Below, piece by piece: positions 11,830 to 24,007 of a DNA stretch of 64,000 bases (the first letter of the stretch is position 1; each line of letters starts with the position of its first letter). The stretch lies in NCBI GenBank assembly GCA_028023455.1, contig JAQFVV010000009.1:5766001-5830000 (forward strand), written 5' to 3'. This DNA comes from Epiperipatus broadwayi. Taxonomy: Eukaryota; Animalia; Onychophora. Made by a program: the position numbers and the translations under genes. Under the pieces are notes generated by a model. That model was not told where the DNA came from, ran no database searches, and saw nothing but the letters and a program-made list of their open reading frames with translations.

Positions 11830-13900
11830 TGCCATCTCAATAGGGAGGATGACCCCTAGCAGATATGCCAAGTCCCTACATTAAGTTATCCTATGACTTT
11901 AATTAGGCATCATTTAATAGACTTATCATTTTTACTATGTTTAATCAATCATAACAATTGTGAGACTCTCCTATCCTATTAGCAAAATTGCATACCCTTT
12001 AACATTAAATAAATACTAAAGAATTTATCCAATGGCATGAGAATACCTAGACACCCCTCTTTATTTAGTATCTATATACTCTCACGACTAACAATTATGA
12101 TTAAATGATTATAATAAAGCATCTATAATTATTAACTTTCAATTAACTAATGAAGAAATTTTACTATCATGTTATTGTGTATTGAATATTATTATTTTTA
12201 CTTCTATAGGATTATAATTAGCAATAATAATAATAATTTTATATTAAGGAGATCTCAGGATAATCATTGATTTTTAATTAGTTATTTAATCTACTTATAA
12301 AATATCAAGAGAGATTTTATTGAACTCTATAGGTAGTATGTCAATCAATAAAAGACTTATAACCTGAATCTATAATCAAACTTGTACTCCTGTTTTATAT
12401 TTATGTTCTCCAATACTTACTCTTAAACTAATGTTGTTATCTAAATTGCAATTAGATTTGATACTTTCAATAATAAGTAATTCATAATTTAATTTCTTAT
12501 AAATAATCACACTTTAATAATTTGCAATATCATCAGTGACTTATGTGATCAAGGCAACTTACAGTAAGTTAAAATCTCTTTTAAGAAATGTGTGGTTAAT
12601 GGATTAATTTCTTATTTCAATCTCAAACTGTACACTTTGGTTCATGTGATATAATGACAATGACTGCCACAAAAGAAATGCAACTTTTAATACTCAAGTT
12701 TACTTTCAAAACAACAACTTTAATCATATTATTTACAAGATATAATATATATATTTTAACTAACAGGTAATTTAAAATAATAGTAATAAAATTATAAACC
12801 AATATAATATAACAACACTATAAACAATTGAAAAATTTCCATTCCCCTATTTTACCTTTTTGATATTTACAACAAAAACAAAACAAAAAATATTACCTTT
12901 TTATATAATATGGTGCTGTTATATTTACCTTTATATATTTTTGCCTTCCTTTTTTTTCTTTTTATATCACAAATCAGATGATTCCCTTAGATCATTGTTC
13001 TTCCCTTCTTTTATAATTATCAACCCATTATAAGTTAGGCTTTAAATTATAAAGACAAAATGTAACATATTGATTATTATATTCTTGCTTAAATACAATA
13101 ATCTTAGTATTGTACAGTGAAATGTCACCTTTTGTGTATTTTTAGATACCATGATATTCATCCTTTGATCTTTATTTATTTATTTTCTAAGAAGATATTA
13201 CAATAATAATTATAAAATCATCAATTAGTTTTTCAATCTCAAACTCCACTTTCCTATAGTCTTATTCTCAATATATATAGTAAAATACAATCAATCAGAA
13301 TTTTAGGTGGTGTACTATTAAATCTGAACCCCTATACCTTCCTGCAACAATTTTTATCTACAATTTATAAGATTCAGCTAGATGTTAATAGACCATCCTT
13401 TGGTGTATCTTAAATACAATACTTACCTTTGCTTTAGCTAACAACTATCTTCATATTTCTAACTTATATTTGTTTACTATCATTCTTATAACTATTTGCT
13501 TATACAAATTAGAAAATAAAATTATTTATAACTCCCTATAACTATATTAAATTGTTCATCGTAAAAGATAAGATCAAATTTAAAATATCGTTTCTCCTTT
13601 TCAATATTGTATATTTAAACACAAACCCATTCCCTCTTCATAACATACATTTATTAACTACTTTTATGATATATTTCATTAACTCATTAATCATATCTAT
13701 TTACTTTAATTATCTAACAATATTTGATAAAAACATAACTTTTAAAATAATTAATGACATAGATAACCAAATTAAAACAATCATTACTATCTATTGATCT
13801 ATTCCCTTCCCCTTATTGTAATAACAATTATGTTAAAGTATAGAATTAATATACATACAAATGTCATATAGCAAGCTTTTTTTTTCTTCTTTAAAATCCA
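11830..13900 (+). pseudogene. Degraded non-LTR retrotransposon relic; boundaries approximate
   Basis: Scattered APE-like remnants (DLCDQ near 12540 versus DLxxSDH), no ORFs, long strand-biased composition. Confidence 0.3.
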
Positions 13901-13949
13901 AGTTCCTAAAAAAACAACTAATTTTTACTGGCATTACAATCGTTCCACA

Positions 13950-14900
13950 GGATTCAGATTGGTTACACATCAATATTATTATCACTTTTGTTTCAAACGC
14001 TTTCGTTTCAAAGTCTCCACTAGTTGCATGTTAATATTACAATCATTTTTGCTCCATTTGTTCTCATCCGAAGATTATTACAATTATCAAACAATGTAGC
14101 AGTTTTTTATTTTCCTTTAGTAATTAAAGATTATCTGCAACTTGTCTTATATGTTTAATTTAAATACTCCTTGCGCTAGTAATAAATGATTCAGCATTCA
14201 AATGATTCCTTACTTATTTTGGTTAATATTATTGTTAAAAAACCATTTTCCATTTTCATTTAACTGTAGAATATTACCTTCCACAGACGTTTTATATTTC
14301 CTAATGCACTAAGGTTTATTTCATCTGTTATTCAACAATTTATTTCCCATGCATATTTATTCTTTATTAATTTCTCTTACACTTATCTTTTTTTTTTTTT
14401 TCAATTCTGGGTGATAAATAATGCTTTCATTTATGCTAGCAAAACGTTGTTATTCTGTACACATACAAATATAATCATCCTTTAACCTATATAACACTCA
14501 GTATAATTTTTTAATTTTACATAAAACTAATATTAAAATTAGTACTGTTTAGTTTTAATCATTTCTTCAATTAAAATTTTATTCAAACATGCTTTAAGAT
14601 TTATCTTTGAATATGATGTATACTTTTCCATTCGCACCCTTTCTGTTATTATCTATTACTACTTAGTTCTAAATAATTTTAAAAATGCATACTTATCTCT
14701 GTCAGAAATAATTTGCCTTTTATTTATTCTTGGCTGATAATCTGAATTTGTCCAATTACTTTGTCTCATGTGACACATGAATACTTCAACTAGTTTAATA
14801 ATTAAGTCCAGTGTAAATTCAGTACTCCCAAGGTTTTCCTTTAGTAAGTTTCTTCCTTGGTCACAATTTGGGATATACGTACAATTTTTTTTCTTCATTT
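13950..14900 (-). pseudogene. Degraded RTE-like endonuclease relic; boundaries approximate
   Basis: The minus ORF 14659-14898 and neighbouring frames show weak remnants of an APE N-terminus. Confidence 0.25.
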
Positions 14901-17348
14901 TATATCATTTTCTCTATATAATGATTTCAAGAAATTTTCCAAGAACCATTAATTGTTGAGTTGCCTGAAGAGATCAATTTAATTTACTCTTGCATTTTAA
15001 TGAAGCTTTATAACCTATATCATTTAAATTATTACATAGACAAAATTCATTACTCCCTTTTTTTTTTTTTCCAAATAATAATAATATTTAAGTATTTTTT
15101 TTTTTTTTTGCAAACTTTTAGGATTAAAAAAACATCAAGTTACTTGTTCCTCAATCTGCTTTCTTTTTTTTTTTTTTTCAATTTAATATTCCCTCAATAT
15201 TTCTTAACGATTGTTTGACTGCTGTTTATTGGTTGATTTTTCCCACCTGAATTGTTAGCATTTTATCTATATTTACAACAAATATTTTTCATTTAAAAAT
15301 ATTTCTCAATAAAAACAATATCTTTTAGAAACTGAATAAAATACAATCTATTTTCTAGATTTAGTAATAATCAGCCATTAAACTAATGCACATGCGCTTT
15401 GTGGATTATTAACTATAAATGAATACTCTCACTTCCAAACACAAGATAAAATCTTTGTGAAAAGATAGAATGAATCCATCTATCTTTTCGACCCAAATGT
15501 TTATGTATATAAACATATACATAAACATATTTATATAAAACATAGCTCTATATAAAATAAATATCTCATTTCTTGATTTAGATCATTTTGGTTTTATTTT
15601 TATACTCATGAGCTTCAATATTATTTTCATGATTTTTAATGAAATTTGTAGAATAAATCTACTAGAAATAATAATTGCTTTTGTATTACTAGATATACAC
15701 ACAGACAATAATTATCTATCTATATAATGCATTTTTTAGAAGATTATATTTGAATTTTACTATAATTTTAAATGCTATCAAATGTTTACTTATTTGTAAC
15801 TATAATAAATTTATAGTTTATTATTTTATCTTTTATGTACATTTGTAACCAACTATTTTACCCAGCATTTATGTCCTTTATATGACTTCAAATTGACTAA
15901 ACCTAAGTTCAAAACCTATGACAACTAAAATGAGTTACTTTTCCTAGCTTAATAAGTATCTACTTTTTGATTTAATAAAATTTAAAATTATACATCTCAA
16001 AATTTTATTCCCACTTTTTTTTTGACGGGATGTACCAATAAAAAGGGCACAATATATATATGTATGTATACTACTATAATGGAAGAAATACTAAATGAAA
16101 ATATTTTTTATGCAAAGCTGATGGATATTTATATATGATAATAAACATCTTATATACCTATTTCCAGCGTCATCTTTGTTTATCAAAATATATTGTTTGA
16201 ATCTTTAAATATAATATTTTTTGTTTTTTATCTATACGGATTTATATTTATATCAATATGTTGGAATTTTTTCATCATTTAGTTAAAATGTATTTATAAA
16301 AAATTTAAATTTTATTTATACTTCCCAAATACCCAGAAGTGTTAGTAATGGGTTAAGGTATTTGAATAATATTATTCACATTTCTTAATGTATTGCTGCT
16401 CTGAACAGTGATAGTTAGCATGGGAATTGAACCAATGGCAAATCCACCTATAAAGGTCTTTTTGATTTCTTTATTTTTTCACTTTAAGAGAAAGATTAAT
16501 GACTGGTTTCAAACATTAAGGATTATCAAACTCTGTAAGTAAAATGTCACTATCATATACTTCAGACAATAATTTATAATATATATATATATAATAGGTG
16601 TATATATACCATTTGGTATATTTAGTGAAAAATATGCTGCTGAATATATATGTATTTAGCTGTAAATTTATAATTTATCATGATGATTGCTGTTTTACCT
16701 TATAGATAGATAGGTAGGTAGGTGGGTTGGATATATGGATGGGTGATTAAGTAGGTAGGTGGGTGAGAAAGTGGATGGGCAGACAAAGCAGGTGTTTAAA
16801 GCAAAAGGGTCCTCTTATTTTAAACTCAGTTCTTATATCAAAAGTTGAAGTGTTCTATATTTAATGGATAGTATCTCCTCATATCTATCTATATAATAAA
16901 AACCATATAAACATTTAATTCAACACACACACACATATATACGAAGTATATATATCATTGGCATTGTGTGAAACTAAAGTATTGTACATAATGCTCAACT
17001 CTTCAGCCATTCATGACATTGAAAATCTGGAATGTCAAAATCCCTTGTTGATTCCACGATGACTTTGTCACTCTGACCCCTCATAAATAGAACCATACCA
17101 TTTAAATACCCAGTAGAGGAATGAGCAGAATACAGGCTAAATCTGTAATATTTTGAATACAAGCATATTATTTACATGTATATATATATATAAGGAATTT
17201 AAATATAATTATAAGGGATTTGAACACACTTTCAAGCTCCCTTCAGCTAGTGAATGTGGAATGTATAGAAAATTTTAAACTTAATACTTTCCAAATACAA
17301 ACAACTTGTTAGTAATAACACACAAATAGACAATACAGATTAGTAATT

Positions 17349-17394
17349 ACACAATATTTCAAGTAGTATTATTCTCCACTTTTCTTCAGGTGTT
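17349..17394 (-). ncRNA. Minimal type-I hammerhead ribozyme with all core nucleotides retained
   Basis: Minus strand: AACAC-CTGAAGA-A-AAGTGG(agaataata)CTACTT-GAAA-TAT-T-GTGT. Stem I ACAC/GTGT, 6-bp stem II, palindromic stem III ATAT, cleavage triplet AUU. Confidence 0.7.
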
Positions 17395-17399
17395 GCTGG

Positions 17400-17553
17400 C
17401 CTATATGCACAGTGACAATATTGGTTTAGAAGTTGAACTCATATTCTCCACTCTTCTTTAGGTGTTGCTGGCCTATAAGCACAGTGACAATATTCACTTA
17501 GAAGTTGAATATTGAATTTAAGGCGAACGCTCTACCAACTGAACTATTCTGTC
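17400..17553 (-). repeat. tRNA-like module with an internal deletion, plus a ~72-bp tandem duplication carrying a truncated second hammerhead
   Basis: GACAGAATAGTTCAGTTGGTAGAGCG starts at 17553. The B-box segment is deleted between two TTCAA words. The unit ...TTCAACTTCTAA...GCAACACCT(A/G)AAGAA...GGAGAATA occurs twice. Confidence 0.75.
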
Positions 17554-18781
17554 AAAGGCAACCTATAGTAGAAATTTGATATATTTATATCCTGAGGGTT
17601 GGTGGTTCAAAATCTTTCTGAGTTCTTCAATTTTTTTATATTTTTTTATTTAACAAATCTAATTAGTTTTTTTCCTAAGAGCAAGATTAATTAGAGGTGG
17701 TCTTACATTGTATATGGCCACACTGGGTTGACTTATAGGATTATTTACCATTGTCATATGAGCAGCTTCCTTGAATTTTCTTCTATGCATTTTTTTCCTC
17801 TTTATCCAATATCTTTGCATTTTTCCACTTAAGAATATGGTCATTAGTACATACATTATCTGTTATGGTAGACACCTGTTTTTTTCTCTTTTAACCATTA
17901 GATTGTGCTTTTTTAATCACTGTTCAACAGGGCAACAGATCTGACCAATGTATTTTCTTCCACATTCACATGGTATTTCATAGATGCAGTTTTTGTTTTT
18001 CAGCATTTCCAGTTTAGGCTTAGTAGAAGTAAGCATTCCTTGAAGTGCAATATGGCTTTGGAAAGCAGTTCTAATGTTATATTGACTGCAGATTTTCTTT
18101 AATTCATCTGTCATTTCTGATATGTATGGATACACTACTGTACTAATAATTGTTTTCTCTTTTGGGATAATCTTTCATTATCTATTGAAGATTTTCCTGA
18201 TGACTGCTGATGGATAACCATTCCTCATAAGCATTTGTTCTATGTGAATCTTTTTTTTCCCAAATCACTGGTTTCTGAACAAACCTCCTTTGCTCTGTTG
18301 CATAGTGATAGTACAATTCCTTGTTTAGAGCTTCTTGTATGATTAGATGTATATGCCAACATTTGAAAGTGTGGATTGGTTTCTTATACATTGTTGTTTT
18401 ACTTTGTCCTGAAAAAGTCTTGCCACAAGAACATCCAAGAATGCCAATTTTTGTTTTTGTTATGATTCCATTGTGAATTTAATTGTAGGAGATATGTTGT
18501 TAATGTGCATCCAGAATGACTGTAATTTCACCTCACTATGTAACCATCCCACAAATGTATCATCAACACATTGAAGCCACACTTTAGGTCGACCTGGAGC
18601 AGAATTTATGACTATGGTTCAAGTTCTACCATGTAAATGTTGCTGAGCAAGGGTGACAGTGATGATCCCATGTCTATCCCTTGATTCTGTTGGAAGAATT
18701 CTGAGTTATATTGAAAGTATGTTGTTGTTATGCAGAATGTTAATAATTACATTATACTATCAATAGGTAGAGCTGTTCTAG

Positions 18782-18872
18782 TTTTTTTCTCATGTGTCAT
18801 AGCATCAGCCGGGAAGCGAACCCGCTAACCCAGGACAACTGCTTGTAAATCAGCCATCGCTGACCTCCTGAC
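18782..18872 (-). mobile_element. tRNA-derived SINE inserted into the RT region of PLE copy A
   Basis: GGGTTCGCTTCCCGGCTGATGCTATGACACATGAG followed by an A7 tail. Same family as 7794-7893. It occupies the position of copy-B bases 20994-21064. Confidence 0.75.
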
Positions 18873-19499
18873 AGACTTTCCACATCAAAGCTTATCAATA
18901 TGTCAGTTCGTTCCATTTTCATGTTCCTGACTAATTCTACAAAGTGTTTAGAATCCCTGATGAAGGACTGTCCTGTACACCAATGGACTAAGAACTTCGA
19001 GAAGAAATCTTGACATATTTTGACATGGAGAATTTCTAGAACTAACAATAGATCTTAATGGAACATTGTCTTTATGGATTTTAGGCAGTCCATACAAGTG
19101 AGGAATCTTGCTGAAATACGAAATTAATTTTTTTCTGAATCATTGAAATACCTGCAATACTTCTGGCATAATGCTTATAGTATTAGCTCTGTATTTGGAA
19201 TTGGATTTTTTGCTACTTTTTTGTATTGGCCTGCTGTGAGAAGGCCTTGTATTTTGTTATCATAATCAGTTTTATCCATTACAAGTGTAGTGTTACCTTT
19301 GTCAGCGTGAAGGATTATAGATGTATCCTGTTTGAGAGATTTAATAGCTTTTCTTTCACCACATGAAATGTTTGACTTCTGCTAGTGCAATTGATGTCTT
19401 TCAAGTGACCTTTTTATTTTACAGCATAACTCTGCTGCTTCTTCCAGAATCAAGTTTTGGGTCACCTTGCCAGTGGCAGCCATTATATCCAATAGCTTT

Positions 19500-19590
19500 G
19501 ACAGAATAGCTCAGTTGGTAGAGTGTTTGCCTTAAATTCGATATTCAAGAATCTAAAAGTGTGAGTTCAACTTCTAAGTGAATATTGTCA
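19500..19590 (+). promoter_or_regulatory. tRNA-like module (A box and B box) in the 5' pLTR
   Basis: GACAGAA-TAGCTCAGTTGGTAGAG...GAGTTCAACTT...ATATTGTC-A, with partial acceptor pairing GACAG/TTGTC. Confidence 0.7.
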
Positions 19591-19608
19591 CTGTGCACAT
19601 AGGCCAAC

Positions 19609-19654
19609 AACACCTGAAGAAGTGTAGAGAATAATACTACTCAAAATGTTGTGT
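19609..19654 (+). ncRNA. Hammerhead ribozyme in the 5' pLTR, core-mutated (G12 to A)
   Basis: AACAC-CTGAAGA-AGTGTAGAGAATAATACTACTC-AAAA-TGT-T-GTGT. Confidence 0.65.
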
Positions 19655-19846
19655 AATTACTAACAATATTGTGTGTTATTACTAACAAGCTGTTTGTATT
19701 TAGAAAGTTTAAATAAAGTTTAACATTTTCTATACATTCAACATTCACTCATAAATGATGGAAATAGTCCAACATATCAAATCTTACTTTCCGACAAATA
19801 CTAAGTACTCAGTATGGAACTGATGCTATGTTGAAATTTAGACATT

Positions 19847-22140
19847 ATGAAAAATTGTTTAAAACTGGCTAAAGTAGAAAATCATTTAACTTTCTTATGT
19901 AAATGTAAATCAGAAAGGATCATTCCTAAGGGTTTGCAGTTAAAACCTCCTATTTCTTCCAAGAGAGCTGAGAAAACTATTCAGAGAACAAATGTGGTCT
20001 TATTGAGAGAAAGTATAAAGATTCGGTGGTTTTTCAAGTATCAAACATTGCGATCTATTAGAAATGTGGAATCGTTTCTACAAAATAAAGTTACAGATGA
20101 AGATTTCTCAAGAATTTGTCAAGCTGTGAACAGATATTGTAAATTACAGATGAAGATTTGTCAAGCAGTGAACAGATATTGAAAGTTACATGGAATATAA
20201 AAGAACTTCAGAAAAAGAAGCTTCCTAAATCTACATGGGCAAGTCAAAAGTCATACTGCAACTAGTCTATTCTCGTCATCAGTGGAAAATCTTAGTTCTA
20301 AACACCTTACTGATTGTGAATTATCAATTCTTGAAAAAGGTTTGAATTTCACCATTATCCCAACTACTGTACCACTATTGGATATAATGGCAGCCACTGA
20401 CAAGGTGACCCAAAACTTGACTCTAGAAGAAGCAGCAGAGTTATGCTGGAAAATAAAAAGGACACTTGAAAGATATCAAGTGCACAAGCAGAAATCAAAC
20501 ATTTCATGTGATGAGAGGAAAGCTATTAAATCTCTCAAACAGGATCCATCTATAATCATTCTTCCTGCTGACAAAAGTAACACTACAGTTGTAATGGATA
20601 AAACTGATTATGATAGTAAAATACAAGACCAATACAAAAAAGCCAATACAAAAAAGCAAAAAATCCAATTCCAAATATAGAGGTAAAACTATAAACATTA
20701 TTCCGGAAGTATCGCAGGAAGTGATTCAGAAAAAAGAAAATTAACTTCGTATTTCAGCAAGATTCCTCACCTGTATGGACTGCCTAAAATCCATAAAGAT
20801 AACATTCTATTAAAATCTTTTGTTAGTTCTAGAAATTTACCATAATTTTGTCAAGATTTCTTCTCGAGGTTCTTAGTTCATTGGCATACAGGACACAGTC
20901 TTTCATCAGGGATCCTAAGCACTTTGTAGAATTAGTCAGGAACATGAAAATGGAATGAACTGACATATTGGTAAGCTTTGATGTGGAAAGTCTATTTACA
21001 AAGGTACCATGTGATGAGACATTGTCTATTATAAGCAAAAGGTTATATGATGATAATAGTCTACAAACTAGAACAGCTCTACCTATTGATAGTCTAATGG
21101 AATTATTAACATTCTGCATAACAACAACATACTTTCAATATAACTCAGAATTATTCCAACAAAATCAAGTGATGGACATGGGATCATCACTGTCACCCTT
21201 GCTCAGCGATATTTACATGGAAGAACTTGAAACCACAGCCATAAATACTGCTCCATGTCTACCTAAAGTGTGGCTTTGGTATGTTGATACATTTGTGGTA
21301 TGACCACATGGTGAGGTAAAATTACAGTCATTCTGTATGCACATTAACAACATATCTCCTACAATTAAATTCACAATGGAATCAGAACAAAAACAAAAAT
21401 TGGCATTCTTGTATGTTCTTGTGACAAGACTCCCTCAGAGCAAAGTAAAACAACAGTGTATAGGAAAACCAACATACACTGGCAAGTACTTGGCATATAC
21501 ATCCAATCATACAAGAAGCACTAAACAAGGAATTGTACTATCACTATGGAACAGAGCAAAGGAGGTTTGTTCAGAAACCAGTGATTTGGAAAGATTCACA
21601 TAGAACAAATGCTTATGAAGAATGGTTATCCATCAGCAGTCATCAGGAAAACCTTCAATAGGTAACACAAAGAGACACCAAAAGAAAAAACAATTATTGG
21701 TATGGTAGTGTATCTATACATACCAGGAATGGCAGCAAATTAAAGAAAATCTGTAGTCAATATAACATTAGAACTGCTTTCCAAAGCCATATCAATCACC
21801 CTTTGAGGAATGCTTACTTCTACTAAGCCTAAATTGGAAATGCTGAAAAACAAAAATTGCATCTATGAAATACCATGTGAATGTGGAAATAGATTGGTGA
21901 GATCTGTTGCCCTGTTGAACAGTGATTGAAAGAGCACAAACTAATGGTTAAAAGAGAAAAAACAGATGTGTCTACCATAACGGATAATGTATGTACTAAT
22001 GACCATATTTTTAAGTGGAAAAATGCAAAGATATTGGATAAAGAGAAAAAATGCATAGAAGAAAATTCAAGAAGCTGCTCATATGACAATGGTAAATAAT
22101 CCTATAAGTCAACCCAGTGTGGCAATACACAATGTATGCA
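19847..22140 (+). pseudogene. Disrupted PLE RT and GIY-YIG polyprotein
   Basis: ORF fragments 19847-20182, 20282-20680, 20968-21303 and 21337-21603, with stops and frameshifts between them. Confidence 0.9.
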
Positions 22141-22280
22141 AGCTTCTAATTAATCTTGCTTTTAGGGGGGAAAAAACTAATTAGCCTTGTTAAATAAAAT
22201 GAAAAAAATTGAAGGACTCAGGAGGATTTGAACCAACCCTCATATATAAATATATCAGATTTCTTCTACATGATGCCTTT

Positions 22281-22371
22281 GACAGAATAGCTCAGTTGGT
22301 AGAGTGTTTACCTTAAATTCGATATTCAAGAATCTAAAGGTGCGAGTTCAACTTCTAAGTGAATATTGTCA
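22281..22371 (+). promoter_or_regulatory. tRNA-like module (A box and B box) in the 3' pLTR
   Basis: Differs from 19500-19590 at only 3 of 91 positions by manual count. Confidence 0.7.
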
Positions 22372-22390
22372 CTGTGCATATAGGCCAGAG

Positions 22391-22435
22391 ACACCCGAAG
22401 AAGTATGGAGAATAATACTTCTCAAAATATTGTGT
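22391..22435 (+). ncRNA. Hammerhead ribozyme in the 3' pLTR, core-mutated (U4 to C, G12 to A)
   Basis: ACAC-CCGAAGA-AGTATGGAGAATAATACTTCTC-AAAA-TAT-T-GTGT. Confidence 0.6.
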
Positions 22436-24007
22436 AATTACTAACCTGTATTGTCTATTGGTATGTTATTATTAACAAGTTGTTTGTATTTGGAAAGGGT
22501 TAGGGTTAGTATTTAAAATATTGTTTATGTCTGATTAATCTATATATGTATTAATCATTATTTTTAATTATTCCAGTAAAAGATGCATTGGGTATTTTTT
22601 TGCTCACATATAGTCACCAATGTTCTTATAATTCTAAAATAATTTTGGACTAACAGCATATGGAATTGTGTGTGTGGATATTATATAATTTTTTTAAAAA
22701 TTATTTAGATGGCATCAAAATAATGAAAGTAATCTTTAAAGTCCACACATTTCACTTTATTTGTTTCATGACAATAACAACTAGATTATTGATTGCTACT
22801 CTCATGGTATTTGCTCACCCAGTGTACTAATGATGATGAGTATTGATATAATGACTCCAGAAAATTTTTTTGATAAATGCTTTTAGTTAATTTAGCATCT
22901 TTATGTATGTGCAGCAGAAATATGTAGTTATTGCTCTTATATTATGCATCATGATTATCATAAGTTTGATGATAATTAGTTTAAGATTTCATAGAATGCC
23001 TTTTTTGAATCCAGTCACTAAGAATGATTAACTAATTTCCTGATGATGCTATGTTTACAACATAAATTGGATTCTAATGATGATCTCTGATACTTTTCTC
23101 TCTTTTTATTTGGTTAAAAAAGATGATTGCTTATTATTACCTTATCTCTATATAAATTTCCTTTTTTTTTAAAATGCAAATAGCACAAAGAAAAATTTTG
23201 AAAACCTAGTATTTACACTCAATTTATTTCACAGTCTAAAACCAAACCCTTTAGATTTAACGTGTATCATTGTAACATTTATACCATGGTCTAAATTATA
23301 GTTGAAGAATTTGCTATTAAAAATAAAATGTTAAATTTTATAGTTCTTTTTGAAACAGTGTATTGTGAAATAAAAAGTGAGGTGCAGATATAATGGTGTA
23401 GGTTTAAATTCAAGAATAATGAGGACTCTTATATGTAATAATTCATTGAACATGAAGAATACATACAAAATAGAGTGGAAAAAATTTAAAACAAATATAA
23501 AAATAATTGTATGTGAATAAAAAGATATTGTAATGTTGTGATAAGTCATGGTGTGATTCTAAAAGAATCTAATAAAATTTGTAAGGCACAAGATGATGAT
23601 TATTATTATGATGATGATATTTCAAAAGGTACTTTATTGTTTTCCAGTTACAACAAGGTTACAATTGTTATTACATGAATCAAGATAACATCTTTAAATT
23701 ATATTGTCCTAGTTGAATGTTACAGTCATTCGTTATTAAATAAAGTGTTCAGAATATTATAAACATTTGCATTTGAATAGTTATTAGGTGCACAGATGTT
23801 ACTGTAGCTATTACTAAATAGGGATGGGCTCTGTTCTTTTCTGTTTTATTATTTATTTTTTTAGTTTTTTCTTTTGTTGGAGCTTTATATTAATTAGTGT
23901 ATCATTTACTTGATTATATTATAACCTTGCTCTGTGTTTAAGCAGAGACCAGGTAGCCGCATAGATGTCTGGACTTGTTATCAATTTGTCCCGGATTTGT
24001 ATTTGCA

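Larger units (their letters stand above)
17249..19495 (-). mobile_element. Penelope-like element copy A, 5'-truncated and inverted relative to copy B (RT, GIY-YIG and 3' pLTR)
   Basis: Minus ORF 17917-18135 carries GIY-YIG CIYEIPCECGRKYIGQ. RT motifs ISFDVESL and VDDTF are present. It is the reverse complement of copy B from ~20376 onward. Confidence 0.92.
19496..22497 (+). mobile_element. Penelope-like element copy B, near full length, with direct terminal repeats (19496-~19712 and 22277-22497)
   Basis: PLE N-terminus HLTFLCKC...IIPKGLQLK, RT motifs VSFDVESLFTKVP and MGSSLSPLLSDIYMEE, and GIY-YIG CIYEIPCECG. ~220-bp direct repeats flank the ORF. Confidence 0.93.

Noticed and set aside
16990-17060. 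Possible alternative terminal exon or APE N-terminus (MTLKIWNV)
   Set aside because: Too short, with no supporting downstream motifs.
19500-19590. tRNA-like blocks as functional tRNA genes (for example Leu-TAA or Phe)
   Set aside because: The anticodon and T stems pair poorly, there is extra sequence, and the blocks always occur inside a TE repeat.
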